Shown here: piece after piece, positions 55,441 to 64,000 of the stretch | Layout of the letters: each line of letters opens with the position of its first letter | Numbering within the stretch: position 1 is the stretch's first letter | Source of the DNA: an uncultured Chloroflexia bacterium | GTDB lineage: Bacteria > Chloroflexota > Anaerolineae > Promineifilales > Promineifilaceae | Assembly: GCA_963783985.1 (NCBI GenBank) | Contig: CAWAPO010000005.1 | Location: 225,306-289,305 of the forward strand | DNA length: 64,000 bases | Direction: 5' to 3' | Translations under genes and position numbers: made by a program | The notes under the pieces: generated by a model | What the model saw: the letters and a program-made list of their open reading frames with translations, nothing else | The model's database searches: none | What the model was told of the DNA's origin: nothing

Positions 55441-56973
55441 CTATGTGGTATTGCGAGTTCGAATCATGACCATCAATTGGGGAATTTCATCACCGCCTAA
55501 GGCAATGCTCAACAGCAAGTAAGTGAGGACCCCACTCAAACCGCCAACGGCAAGGAACAAGAAGGGCTGCGTAACGACGCGCGAGATCAGCAAAATAACA
55601 ATCGACATGCCGAAAGTCGCCGCCGCCGCCCTGCCCACACTGAGCAGCATCTCTTTGTTCAGGAAACCACCCAGGGCACGATTGTTGAGGAGCATTAGGG
55701 CAGTGGCTAGAAACGTGAAGGCCACCGTGCTGGCCAGGGCCAGCGCCGTGATCCCCAGATCATCGATAAACAAGTAAGCAAGAGCGACATTGAGCGTTAG
55801 CCATCCAAGATAGGCGACCATCGGTACCCGCGTGTTATGCTGCGCATAGAAAAGGCGGGCGGCGATTTCGACCGTTGCTTCACTGACCACGCGTACACTA
55901 AAGATAACCAGGACGCCATAGACGATTTCGGCGGATTCGGCCGTAAATGCACCCCCCTGCAGGAGGAAGTTGATGACTGGCCGGCCCAGCAAGACCAGAC
56001 CTGCCGCCGCAGGAAAGGTAAGAAACCAGATGATGCGCAGTGCATAGGAGGCGGTGGTGCGCAAGCCCTGGATGTCCCCGGCATTAAACTGTTCAGCCAT
56101 AGTGGGGAAGACTACCAAGGCGATTGCCGTGCCAAAAAGAGTCTCCGGGAACTGCATCAAGGCATAGGCATAGAAGTAGCCCGAGGTGCTGCCCACGGGC
56201 AAAGCGGAAGCAAGGCGAATGACGAACAGATCGGCCAGCTGAATCGTGCCCAGGGTCACTATTCGCGGACCCATCAGATGGATGATCTCTCGCACCCCGG
56301 ACAGTCCCATATCAAGCCGCGGTCGATAGCGGTAATGGTAGCGCCGTAAGGCCGGTGCCTGGACCGCGATATGCAGCAAGGCGCCAATCACCGTCCCCCA
56401 GGCCAGGCCAACGATACCCATTCGCGGCACGAGAAAAACAATCCCCACCATATATCCCAGATCGAGCATGACTGGCGCAAGTGCCGGGAGCGCGAAATGT
56501 TGGTGGGCATTGAGAATGCTACTCAGCACGCCGCTTATGCCAAAGAGCGTGGTTTGGATCAGGATGACGCGCATGATGTTTGCCGTCAACAACTGCGTTT
56601 CCGGTGGGAAATCTGGCACGAGGACCACACGAACCAACCACGGCGCAAAGATAGCGCCCAGGGCTGATATGACCCCCAGAACGAGGATGACTAGGGTCAT
56701 AATGGTATTTGCCAGACGCAGGCTCGCTCGTGCGCTCTTATTGGCCAAGTAGTCGGCGTAGACCGGGATAAAGGCGGCAGCCAGGGAGCCACCGGCAACA
56801 ACTGTAAAAAAAACCTCCGGCAGTTGATTCGCAGCTGCAAAGGCGTCTATCTCTGCCCCAGTACCAAAGGTGGTACTGATCAGGCGCGTTCTGATCAAAC
56901 CGGTAAGCTTACCGAGGCCAAACAAGAAGATGACTACGAGTGAGGAGCGCAGCAAATGACGTGCACGATTCAT
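55441..56973 (-). CDS. murJ: Lipid II flippase MurJ
   Basis: 14-TM MviN/MurJ pattern. N-terminus LGKLTGLIRTRLISTTFGTGAEIDAFAAANQLP. Confidence 0.9.
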   Translation of the reverse strand: MNRARHLLRSSLVVIFLFGLGKLTGLIRTRLISTTFGTGAEIDAFAAANQLPEVFFTVVAGGSLAAAFIPVYADYLANKSARASLRLANTIMTLVILVLGVISALGAIFAPWLVRVVLVPDFPPETQLLTANIMRVILIQTTLFGISGVLSSILNAHQHFALPALAPVMLDLGYMVGIVFLVPRMGIVGLAWGTVIGALLHIAVQAPALRRYHYRYRPRLDMGLSGVREIIHLMGPRIVTLGTIQLADLFVIRLASALPVGSTSGYFYAYALMQFPETLFGTAIALVVFPTMAEQFNAGDIQGLRTTASYALRIIWFLTFPAAAGLVLLGRPVINFLLQGGAFTAESAEIVYGVLVIFSVRVVSEATVEIAARLFYAQHNTRVPMVAYLGWLTLNVALAYLFIDDLGITALALASTVAFTFLATALMLLNNRALGGFLNKEMLLSVGRAAAATFGMSIVILLISRVVTQPFLFLAVGGLSGVLTYLLLSIALGGDEIPQLMVMIRTRNTT

Positions 56974-57032
56974 GTGCGAACATTGTAACTTGCTCGCGGC
57001 AGGCGGCAACAGATTGCGGTAGAATAGCGATC

Positions 57033-57563
57033 ATGCCAACTGAAATCGAAAATGTCGATATGGAACAAGCGCAGGAAAAAACTAAGATAGTGGTCCCTAC
57101 CCGGCGCCGGCCGTTGTGGCTGCTGCTTTACACGGTAATGTTGATTGTCTGGGCCGCCGGCATGATCTGGGGGGTCCTGTTCACCATTCGCGATATTGCC
57201 TTCTCAGGCGAGCGGTATGCCATTGCATTCACGATAATGATGCTCATATGGCTCTATATTTGGTACCGGCTCGGGCGCATCGTCTGGCAGCAGTGGCAGT
57301 ACTATGCGGCGCGGCGCGAGATCATTTTCATTGATGAGGAACGATTGATCATTCGCCGACCGGTATCCAAGCTTGGCAGCACCGACGCATACGACATCGA
57401 CCATGTCTCCCCGTTTTATTATTCCGACGAAGAATCGTGTCCCGGGTTCCAATATGGCAGCAGGCGCATCTACTTTGCCAGGGGACTTCACGAGCAAGCG
57501 GCAAAGGAATTAATCGAGCTGTTGGATAAACTCTGTTTTGACGATGACACGGCGTACGACTAG
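57033..57563 (+). CDS. Hypothetical two-TM membrane protein
   Basis: ORF with two hydrophobic helices and a soluble C-terminal domain. The start was set to the ATG at 57033. Confidence 0.55.
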   Translation: MPTEIENVDMEQAQEKTKIVVPTRRRPLWLLLYTVMLIVWAAGMIWGVLFTIRDIAFSGERYAIAFTIMMLIWLYIWYRLGRIVWQQWQYYAARREIIFIDEERLIIRRPVSKLGSTDAYDIDHVSPFYYSDEESCPGFQYGSRRIYFARGLHEQAAKELIELLDKLCFDDDTAYD

Positions 57564-57575
57564 GTACGAATCATT

Positions 57576-58406
57576 CTATTCGATCAATTCTAAGTCTTTC
57601 GTCGCGAAAAGATCCGCGGCGATCAGGAATAGAATCGTGGCGTAAAGCACAAGAACAGCCGGGGCAAGAGCCTGTGTGGGCGTGAAGTACCCCGTGACAA
57701 TCGCTTCCCCTATCGATCTAAATGGCCAGAAGACCATACTGAAGAGACCACGCAAGAAGCTTTCTCCAGTTTGACTCAGCCAGGCAGTCGCGCGATTCAA
57801 TATTGAAGCAATGGAGTCGAGCTGCTGCCCATAGAAGAAGCTGCTCAGATTACTGACAAACGCTAATGTCCACTCGTTCAGGCGCTGCACAAAACTCTGC
57901 CCTATCAGCAGAATTGCCAGCAGGCCGTAAATCACCACGCGCGACCAGCCCGAGGCAACGAGATCGGACGCATGAAGGGCCAGAATCGCCGCCAATAGAT
58001 CGAGGGCGATCCAGATTGGCGGTGCCTCCAACAGCTTTGAAAGCGACATCTCCGGCCCGCGGATCAGCGCGAGTACGGCTACCAGAAATTGGAGGAAGAA
58101 GGTCACGGAAAGGGAGGCAGTAAAAACGGCCGTCAGATACTCGACGCGACTTGGCAGCCGGGCAAGCAGCGGCAGGTTTTCCGCCCGGTTGGCGCGCGAG
58201 CAAACAATCAGTGTAGCCAGAAAGCTCATTGCGCCGCCAAATCCAGCGATGAGCAAGATGTAGTTTTCAGGATCCGGCGTCCCTTGGGATGGGGGAAAGA
58301 ATACAGCCCAGAACAGCAGAGCGGCAATTACAAAGACCAATCCGGCCAAAGAAAAGAGAAGACTTTGCACGAAGTAGCGGCTTAGCTCCCAGATTCGACG
58401 CGTCAT
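57576..58406 (-). CDS. ABC-2-type permease-like membrane protein
   Basis: 6 TM helices. 4-nt ATGA overlap with the upstream ATPase gene. Confidence 0.6.
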   Translation of the reverse strand: MTRRIWELSRYFVQSLLFSLAGLVFVIAALLFWAVFFPPSQGTPDPENYILLIAGFGGAMSFLATLIVCSRANRAENLPLLARLPSRVEYLTAVFTASLSVTFFLQFLVAVLALIRGPEMSLSKLLEAPPIWIALDLLAAILALHASDLVASGWSRVVIYGLLAILLIGQSFVQRLNEWTLAFVSNLSSFFYGQQLDSIASILNRATAWLSQTGESFLRGLFSMVFWPFRSIGEAIVTGYFTPTQALAPAVLVLYATILFLIAADLFATKDLELIE

Positions 58407-59275
58407 TGAACCGTCTCCGCGTAGATTTCAGAAAGGGTTACGCGCTTTTGCTCGACTCTGTGTACATCGAAGTCCATGTTCAGCAGCAGCGTGAGAATCT
58501 GCCGCCGCATGCGCATCGCATTGTTCTTCAACAGAATCGTGTCGCCTTCAACGACGATATCCGGGTGCAGGGAACGCAGCAAATCGGCCGCCTCATTAAG
58601 TTCCCGATTCACATTAATACGCACATAGGGCCGCAAGGCGAGTGCTGTCGCCATGCTGTTTTCATAATGGACTTTGCCTTCATTGAGAATCACAAGGTAG
58701 CTGCAGATCTGAGTCACTTCATGCAGCTGGTGCGAACTGATGACAATGGTCTTACCCATCTCATGCAGCTGGCGGATATAACGGCCGATTTCAAGCTGGC
58801 CCTCCGGATCGAGGCCATTGGATGGTTCATCCAGCAGCAGAAAAGGAGGATCCCCAATCAGTGCCTGAGCCAACCCCAGTCGCTGCCTCATTCCTTTGGA
58901 GAGGAGACCGATACGTTTATTCGCCGCATCAAGCAGGTTGACCCTGGCCAAGCTTTCCAAGACAACCTGTTCATTCCTTGGCGACGGCACATCACTTACG
59001 CCGGCCACAAGCTGCAAATAGCGGCTCACCTTGAGATTGTTGGGAAACAACAGACGCTCCGGCTTGTAGCCGATTGTGGGCCAGGCGCCATTCTGGCTCA
59101 ACAATCTGCCGCTGCTGGGCGAGATAACACCGGCCACCAGTTTCATAAGCGTGGTTTTTCCGGCGCCATTCGGCCCCAGCAAGCCCAGGACTTCTCCCCT
59201 AGGAATGGCCAAAGACACATTGTCCAATGCGGTCAATGTGAAGTAGTTCTTGGTTACATTTTCGAGCGTAATCAT
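58403..59275 (-). CDS. ABC transporter ATP-binding protein
   Basis: Walker A GPNGAGKTT, signature LSKGMRQR, Walker B LLLDEP. Confidence 0.9.
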   Translation of the reverse strand: MITLENVTKNYFTLTALDNVSLAIPRGEVLGLLGPNGAGKTTLMKLVAGVISPSSGRLLSQNGAWPTIGYKPERLLFPNNLKVSRYLQLVAGVSDVPSPRNEQVVLESLARVNLLDAANKRIGLLSKGMRQRLGLAQALIGDPPFLLLDEPSNGLDPEGQLEIGRYIRQLHEMGKTIVISSHQLHEVTQICSYLVILNEGKVHYENSMATALALRPYVRINVNRELNEAADLLRSLHPDIVVEGDTILLKNNAMRMRRQILTLLLNMDFDVHRVEQKRVTLSEIYAETVQ

Positions 59276-59503
59276 CAGTAGTTAACTGCCAGGCAGACGG
59301 CAAGCGGAAGGCGTCAATTGTTTATCCTGCTTGTGCTGGGCATACTTGTGAAAGTTTACCACACGCCATATCTGTGGCAATGAACCGCAGCCTCAGAATA
59401 TGCCGCGAGCTGCCGCGGCCAGATAGAAGGCGCAAAGAATGATACTCTGTATAATACGGTTGGGATTCGTTGTGCCCCAGCGCCACGAACTTGAACAGGG
59501 TCA

Positions 59504-60688
59504 ATGAAGAGTAGAAGACATATCGGGTTCTATACAAACACATACCGGCCAACCATGAGCGGCGTGGTGCGTTCAATCTCTACGTTCAGGAAGGCATTTG
59601 ACAATATGGGACATAATGTCTTCATATTTGCGCAGAAGGCGGCAAAATACCACGATGACGAACCCTTCATATTTCGTTATCCAGCAGTGGAGGTACCCTG
59701 GGCCAACGACTACGCCGTGCCGGTCCCATTCTCTTCTTCAATAGATGACTCATTGCCCTGCCTGAAACTCGACGTCATTCACAGCCACCACCCATTCATC
59801 CTGGGCGAAACGGCCGCACGGAAAGCGGAGACATTGGGGCTGCCCCTCGTCTTCACATTTCACACGCGCTACGATGAATACGCTCATTACGTCCCCTTTA
59901 GCCAGGGTCTTACGCGCCAGATCGCTGAAAGATGGATCGCCAACTATCTGGAGAAATGCCAGCACATCATCACGCCCGGTGACAGCATTAAGGAACTCTT
60001 GATCGAAAACGGAGTCAGGGGGGATATCACCACGATCCCCACCGGCATTGATCTAGCGCCTTTCCGCAAGGAGAACGGGGAAGCAATTCGCCACAGCCGC
60101 GGCTGGGGTGATGATACCGTCATCATTTCCGTCGGCCGGCTGGCAAAAGAAAAAAGCTTTGACAAACTCCTTCAGGCGGCGGCCAGGATCATGCGCGATT
60201 ACCCAAATGTCCTTCTGGCGATCGTAGGTGGAGGACTGGAAGAAAAGTCCTTGAAAAGACTCGCCGCCGAACTGGGCATCGCCGATCGTGTCGATTTCGT
60301 GGGCAGTGTGCCCTTCGAAGAGGTGCCAGGCTACCTGAAAGCTGCAGATATCTTCGGCTTCGCGTCCACCACAGAGACGCAGGGGCTGGTCACCATGGAA
60401 GCGATGGCGGCCGGCTTGCCCATTGTGGCGGTCGATGCCACCGGAACGCATGACGCGGTAACCAACGGCAAGGAAGGACTGCTGACTGCAGACAACAGCG
60501 CCGCAATTGCCCAGGCACTGAAACAGGTCATAGACGATCCTGCAATGAGAGACCATCTTGCCGCCAACGGCAGGGAACGGGTCGCTTGGTTTGATATTGA
60601 GAACCAGGCCAAACGCATGCTGGAGGTCTACGACCAAGCGGCGGTCGCCAAGAAAGAGAATCGCTATATAAGAGTAGTCAACAGCTAA
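59504..60688 (+). CDS. Glycosyltransferase family 4 (glycolipid-synthase-like)
   Basis: N-terminus IGFYTNTYRPTMSGVV and C-terminus ETQGLVTMEAMAAGLPIVA. Confidence 0.85.
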   Translation: MKSRRHIGFYTNTYRPTMSGVVRSISTFRKAFDNMGHNVFIFAQKAAKYHDDEPFIFRYPAVEVPWANDYAVPVPFSSSIDDSLPCLKLDVIHSHHPFILGETAARKAETLGLPLVFTFHTRYDEYAHYVPFSQGLTRQIAERWIANYLEKCQHIITPGDSIKELLIENGVRGDITTIPTGIDLAPFRKENGEAIRHSRGWGDDTVIISVGRLAKEKSFDKLLQAAARIMRDYPNVLLAIVGGGLEEKSLKRLAAELGIADRVDFVGSVPFEEVPGYLKAADIFGFASTTETQGLVTMEAMAAGLPIVAVDATGTHDAVTNGKEGLLTADNSAAIAQALKQVIDDPAMRDHLAANGRERVAWFDIENQAKRMLEVYDQAAVAKKENRYIRVVNS

Positions 60689-60690
60689 GC

Positions 60691-60718
60691 ATAGGCGCGG
60701 ATACACGCAGGCGCCTAT
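60691..60718. terminator. Hairpin between convergent genes (weak terminator candidate)
   Basis: 8-bp stem ataggcgc / gcgcctat with a 12-nt loop. There is no clear U-tract on either strand. Confidence 0.35.
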
Positions 60719-60738
60719 AAGCAAAACGATGGCTCACC

Positions 60739-62535
60739 TCACCCTACGATAAGAGGTACAATTTCAAACTTTTCCACGTCCACGATGCCCAGATCGGAAA
60801 TGCGCAGCTCAGGGATGACGACAAGAGCCAACAAGCTCAGCTGCATGTAAGCATTGTTCAAGCTGCAGCCGCATTGTTCAAAAGCATCAACCATGCGCTC
60901 GGCCTTTGCGGCGACGATCTCAGCCCGCTCGTTTGACATAAGACCGGCAATTGGCAGCTCCACCAACGCAATCTCCCTCGCGTCACGAAATACGACGATG
61001 CCTCCCCCTATCTCAGCGAGGCAGTTTGCCGCCTGAGCCATGACTGCCTTATCCGTGCCCACGACAAGCATATGATGGCTGTCGTGAGCCACGGTGCTGG
61101 CCACGGCGCAGGCCGTGTTGAAGCCAAACCCTGACACGAACCCATTCGTCACCGCTCCCGTTCCCCGATGACGCTCGACGAGCGCGATCTGGCAGACATC
61201 GTTCACTCTATCCATTTGCACGCACCCGTCGCGAACGGGCAGCGTCTTAAGGAGCGCCTGCGTCGGCGCCTGATTTTCCAAGACGCCGATCGTGCGCACA
61301 TCGACCTGCGGCACAGAGTCAGGAGCGCCGATGTCGAAGTCCGCAGCCGTCAACTCTTTGCCAAGATTGACCGTACCCGTGGCCATGTCAGGATAGCTAT
61401 AGGGCGGCAATTCAATCATCAATGCCCCGCCCTGGGCAGCCAAGCGCCCGGAAGCAACAACCGTTTCAATCGGCAAAGATACAAGATCGCTGCTGATGAT
61501 GATATCCGCAATGCGGCCCGGTGTGATACTGCCCAGATCTCGCTCCATACCAAAATGAAGCGCCGTGTTCAATGTCGCCATCTGGATCGCCGTCATTGGC
61601 GGCAAGCCCTGCGCAATCGCATGGCGAACAGCGCGATCCATATGGCCATCGTTAACCAAAGTGCCTGAATGACTGTCATCGGTGCAAAGGATGAAGCTGC
61701 GGCTGTCAACGCCGCGTTCAGTAATTGCTTTCACTTGCGCGGCTACGTCGTGCCACGCTGACCCGTAGCGGAGCATCGCCTTCATGCCCTGGCGCACACG
61801 GGCCAAGGCATCTTCTACCCGCGTCCCTTCATGATCGTCTGCCGGACCGCCGGCAACATAGCCGTGAAAGGGCAGCCCGAGATCCAGGGATGCGTAGTGA
61901 CCGCCAACGACTTTGCCCGCTTTCATCGTCTCCTGCATCTCCGCGTGCATTTTCGTATCACCCGCATAGACACCGGGGAAATTCATCATCTCGCCCAGGC
62001 CGACGATGCCCGGCCAGCGCATCGCTTCGGCCACTTCTTCAGGCCCGATGGCTGCGCCCGGCGTTTCCAAGCCGGGCGCACTGGGCACACAGCTGGGCAT
62101 CTGCACGAACACATTGATGGGCAGCGTCCCTGCCTCATCATGCATCAGGCGCACCCCTTCAAGTCCCAGAACATTGGCTATTTCATGGGGATCAATGAAC
62201 ATGCTCGTCGTTCCGTGGGGAATCACCGCACGTGCGAACTCAGTAACCGTAACCATCCCACTTTCCACGTGCATATGCGCATCGCAGAGACCGGGCAGCA
62301 GGTAACGGCCGTGCGCATCTATCACTTCTGTGTCCTTACCGATCGTGTGCCCCGCATCCTTCCCGACATAGGCAATGCGCTTCCCCAGGATAGCTACATC
62401 GATGTCCGCTATGATTTCGCCACTGTGCACGTTGACCCAACGCCCATTGCTAACAACAAGATCTGCTGTCCGGCGGCCCATGGCCACGTCAACTAGATCT
62501 TTGGTAACATCGTACCACGCCTGACTCCTACTCAT
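60739..62535 (-). CDS. ade: Adenine deaminase
   Basis: LPGLCDAHMHVES and GTTSMFIDPHEIANV motifs. The length of about 600 aa is typical. Confidence 0.9.
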   Translation of the reverse strand: MSRSQAWYDVTKDLVDVAMGRRTADLVVSNGRWVNVHSGEIIADIDVAILGKRIAYVGKDAGHTIGKDTEVIDAHGRYLLPGLCDAHMHVESGMVTVTEFARAVIPHGTTSMFIDPHEIANVLGLEGVRLMHDEAGTLPINVFVQMPSCVPSAPGLETPGAAIGPEEVAEAMRWPGIVGLGEMMNFPGVYAGDTKMHAEMQETMKAGKVVGGHYASLDLGLPFHGYVAGGPADDHEGTRVEDALARVRQGMKAMLRYGSAWHDVAAQVKAITERGVDSRSFILCTDDSHSGTLVNDGHMDRAVRHAIAQGLPPMTAIQMATLNTALHFGMERDLGSITPGRIADIIISSDLVSLPIETVVASGRLAAQGGALMIELPPYSYPDMATGTVNLGKELTAADFDIGAPDSVPQVDVRTIGVLENQAPTQALLKTLPVRDGCVQMDRVNDVCQIALVERHRGTGAVTNGFVSGFGFNTACAVASTVAHDSHHMLVVGTDKAVMAQAANCLAEIGGGIVVFRDAREIALVELPIAGLMSNERAEIVAAKAERMVDAFEQCGCSLNNAYMQLSLLALVVIPELRISDLGIVDVEKFEIVPLIVG

Positions 62536-62588
62536 CCATACACTCCCTACCGCATTTCGTAATGTTTCACCGGCTCTGCAGCCACGGC

Positions 62589-62969
62589 CTATATGTAGGC
62601 AACCGCCTCAATCTCCACGCGCCCGCCCAGCGGCAGCGCCGCGACCTGCACCGTGGAACGAGCGGGAGGGTTTTCGTCAAAGTAACTGGCATAGACGGTG
62701 TTCATTGCCGCGAACTCGGCCATATCCAACAGAAACACGGTCGTCTTTAGAACATTGGATAGATCGGCGCCTGCGGCTTCGAGGACTGCCTGGAGATTCT
62801 TTAGTACACGCTCCGTCTGGATCTCAATATCATCGGCCACCAACTTGCCGGTCTGCGGATCAAGGCCAATCTGGCCTGCCGTGTACAAGAAATTCCCTAC
62901 GCGTACAGCTTGTGAATAGGGCCCAACTGCTTCTGGCGCTTCCTTAGTGTGTATGACTACTTTGTCCAC
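62589..62969 (-). CDS. ridA: RidA-family reactive enamine/imine deaminase
   Basis: GPYSQAVRVGNFLYTAGQIGLDP, and PARSTVQVAALP...VEIEAVA. Confidence 0.9.
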   Translation of the reverse strand: MDKVVIHTKEAPEAVGPYSQAVRVGNFLYTAGQIGLDPQTGKLVADDIEIQTERVLKNLQAVLEAAGADLSNVLKTTVFLLDMAEFAAMNTVYASYFDENPPARSTVQVAALPLGGRVEIEAVAYI

Positions 62970-63250
62970 TATGCTATCCCCTTTTCTCTCGACAAAATCT
63001 TCAATCCAGCAATTATTCCATTCACCAAACCTTCCTGCTTAGCCTCTTTGTCACAGGTATTCTGTTTATGATACACTTTGCAGAGCGTATTGCACAGTAG
63101 GCACTCAGGCTAGGGACGCGAAAGCAAGCCTCACGGATCCTTGCTGCGAAAAGAAAGGTGTTATGAAACACCGCTTCTCATTATTCTCGCGCAAGCCTTT
63201 TCCTGAGCCATTCCAATAGAACATTTGACAATTCGGGAGATGAAACAGAT

Positions 63251-63808
63251 ATGATTGATGTCAATCAGCTGCGTCGCGGCACGACATTTCTATACGATGG
63301 CAATCTATTCAAGGTTACTGAATATAGCCATAGCAAACCAGGACGAGGCAAGGCCAACATTCGCGTTAATGTGCGCAACCTACGCACAGGGGCAAACTTG
63401 CCGATCACGTTCACTTCGGGCGAACGCGTCGAAGATGTGCGCCTCGATCAGCAGACCTATCAGTTTCTTTACGACGACGGCCAGTTCTACGTCTTCATGG
63501 ACAACGATACCTTTGAACAAAAACAGGTGCCTCATTCAGTTCTAGAAGCGGACGCGCAGTTCCTTCGCGACAACATGGAGCTCGACCTTCTTGCATTCGA
63601 AGGAGAGATTATTGATTACCTTCTACCGAAGTCACTTGATTTCGAGGTTGTAGAAGCGGAAAATGCGGTGGCCGGAGACACGGCAACCGGCGCCACGAAA
63701 GAAGTTGTTTGCGAAACGGGCTTAAAAGTACGCACGCCGCTTTTTGTTCAGGCGGGGGATCGCATCAAGGTAAATACAGAATCCGGCGAATACATTACCC
63801 GAATTTAA
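63251..63808 (+). CDS. efp: Translation elongation factor P
   Basis: MIDVNQLRRGTTFLYDGNLFKVTEYSHSKPGRGKANIRVNVRNLRTG and full-length EF-P similarity. Confidence 0.97.
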   Translation: MIDVNQLRRGTTFLYDGNLFKVTEYSHSKPGRGKANIRVNVRNLRTGANLPITFTSGERVEDVRLDQQTYQFLYDDGQFYVFMDNDTFEQKQVPHSVLEADAQFLRDNMELDLLAFEGEIIDYLLPKSLDFEVVEAENAVAGDTATGATKEVVCETGLKVRTPLFVQAGDRIKVNTESGEYITRI

Positions 63809-63861
63809 TCGCCCAATGAACCGCTGAAGAACGCTGGTTCTCATCAAACCCAAACAGAGCG

Positions 63862-63887
63862 CGCCTCCCTTTCAGGGAGGCGTTTTC
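63862..63887 (+). terminator. Rho-independent terminator of efp
   Basis: Stem cgcctccct / agggaggcg with loop ttc, followed by TTTT. Confidence 0.7.
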
Positions 63888-63916
63888 TGATTCACGTGTT
63901 GTTTACGCCGCCCATC

Positions 63917-63946
63917 TTGAAGTGCAGAAGCGTGTTATGCTATACT
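63917..63946 (+). promoter_or_regulatory. Candidate promoter TTGAAG-18-TATACT driving an unidentified unit that runs off the 3' edge
   Basis: Hexamers at 63917-63922 and 63941-63946. The downstream 54 nt are too short to identify. Confidence 0.3.
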
Positions 63947-64000
63947 GATTTGACAGCATAGGTCGCCCTGGCTTTTGGTCAAGGTAGCTGCGCCCTGGCT

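Noticed and set aside
62970-63250. Possible purine riboswitch upstream of the ridA-ade operon (minus strand)
   Set aside because: No match to the conserved purine-riboswitch loop/junction core on either strand.
1-64000. Looked for CRISPR arrays, IS elements or transposases, integrases, phage genes, long direct or inverted repeats and rRNA
   Set aside because: None was recognised by eye. No spacer-repeat periodicity, no DDE or tyrosine-recombinase motifs in any ORF, and no obvious long repeats. A computational repeat search (self-dot-plot, minced, ISEScan) is still needed to exclude short or degenerate elements.

Overview
Gene-dense 64-kb chromosomal window of mid-to-high GC (judged by eye, not computed). 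I call about 62 protein genes and two monocistronic tRNA-Val genes (anticodons UAC and GAC). I saw no rRNA, CRISPR array, transposase, integrase or phage gene. Most of the content is housekeeping, and the protein set suggests a monoderm-type, possibly Chloroflexota-like bacterium; that placement is inference only. Recognisable genes and operons: recJ (truncated at the 5' edge), an M50 site-2 protease, an RNase II-family RNB nuclease, a Rieske / cytochrome b / dihaem cytochrome c operon, two MFS transporters, rarD, a large amidase_2 lipoprotein, pcm, kamA, dodecin, trxB, mreB-mreC-mreD-mrdA, two EPS-type glycosyltransferase genes, a LysM lipoprotein, NUDIX, bcp, lplA, rhomboid, tatA-tatB-tatC, secG, recA (with a TTGACA-17-TAAACT promoter carrying a GAAC-N4-GTTC-type SOS box), murJ, an ABC exporter pair, ade-ridA and efp. 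No clear-cut new system (defence island, mobile element) is visible, and none of the candidates below is proven novel. The candidates worth a second look, in rough order: (1) the function-unknown trio of histidine phosphatase, DUF3090 Zn-ribbon protein and PI3/4-kinase-like SCO1664-family protein, tightly coupled and placed directly behind mrdA where rodA normally sits; (2) an overlapping tandem pair of multi-TM SPFH-like paralogues with their own promoter; (3) a compact three-gene membrane/Zn-ribbon operon; (4) an EF-P with Arg instead of Lys at the modified loop tip, in a KPGRG context; (5) an AT-rich orphan transcription unit encoding a 55-codon hydrophobic peptide; (6) a frameshifted enoyl-CoA hydratase; (7) a cytochrome b with a 166-aa Cys-containing C-terminal extension; (8) several perfect palindromes at promoters (bcp, bc operon). 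Coordinates for starts that differ from the supplied ORF track were re-derived by hand from RBS position and homologue N-termini.
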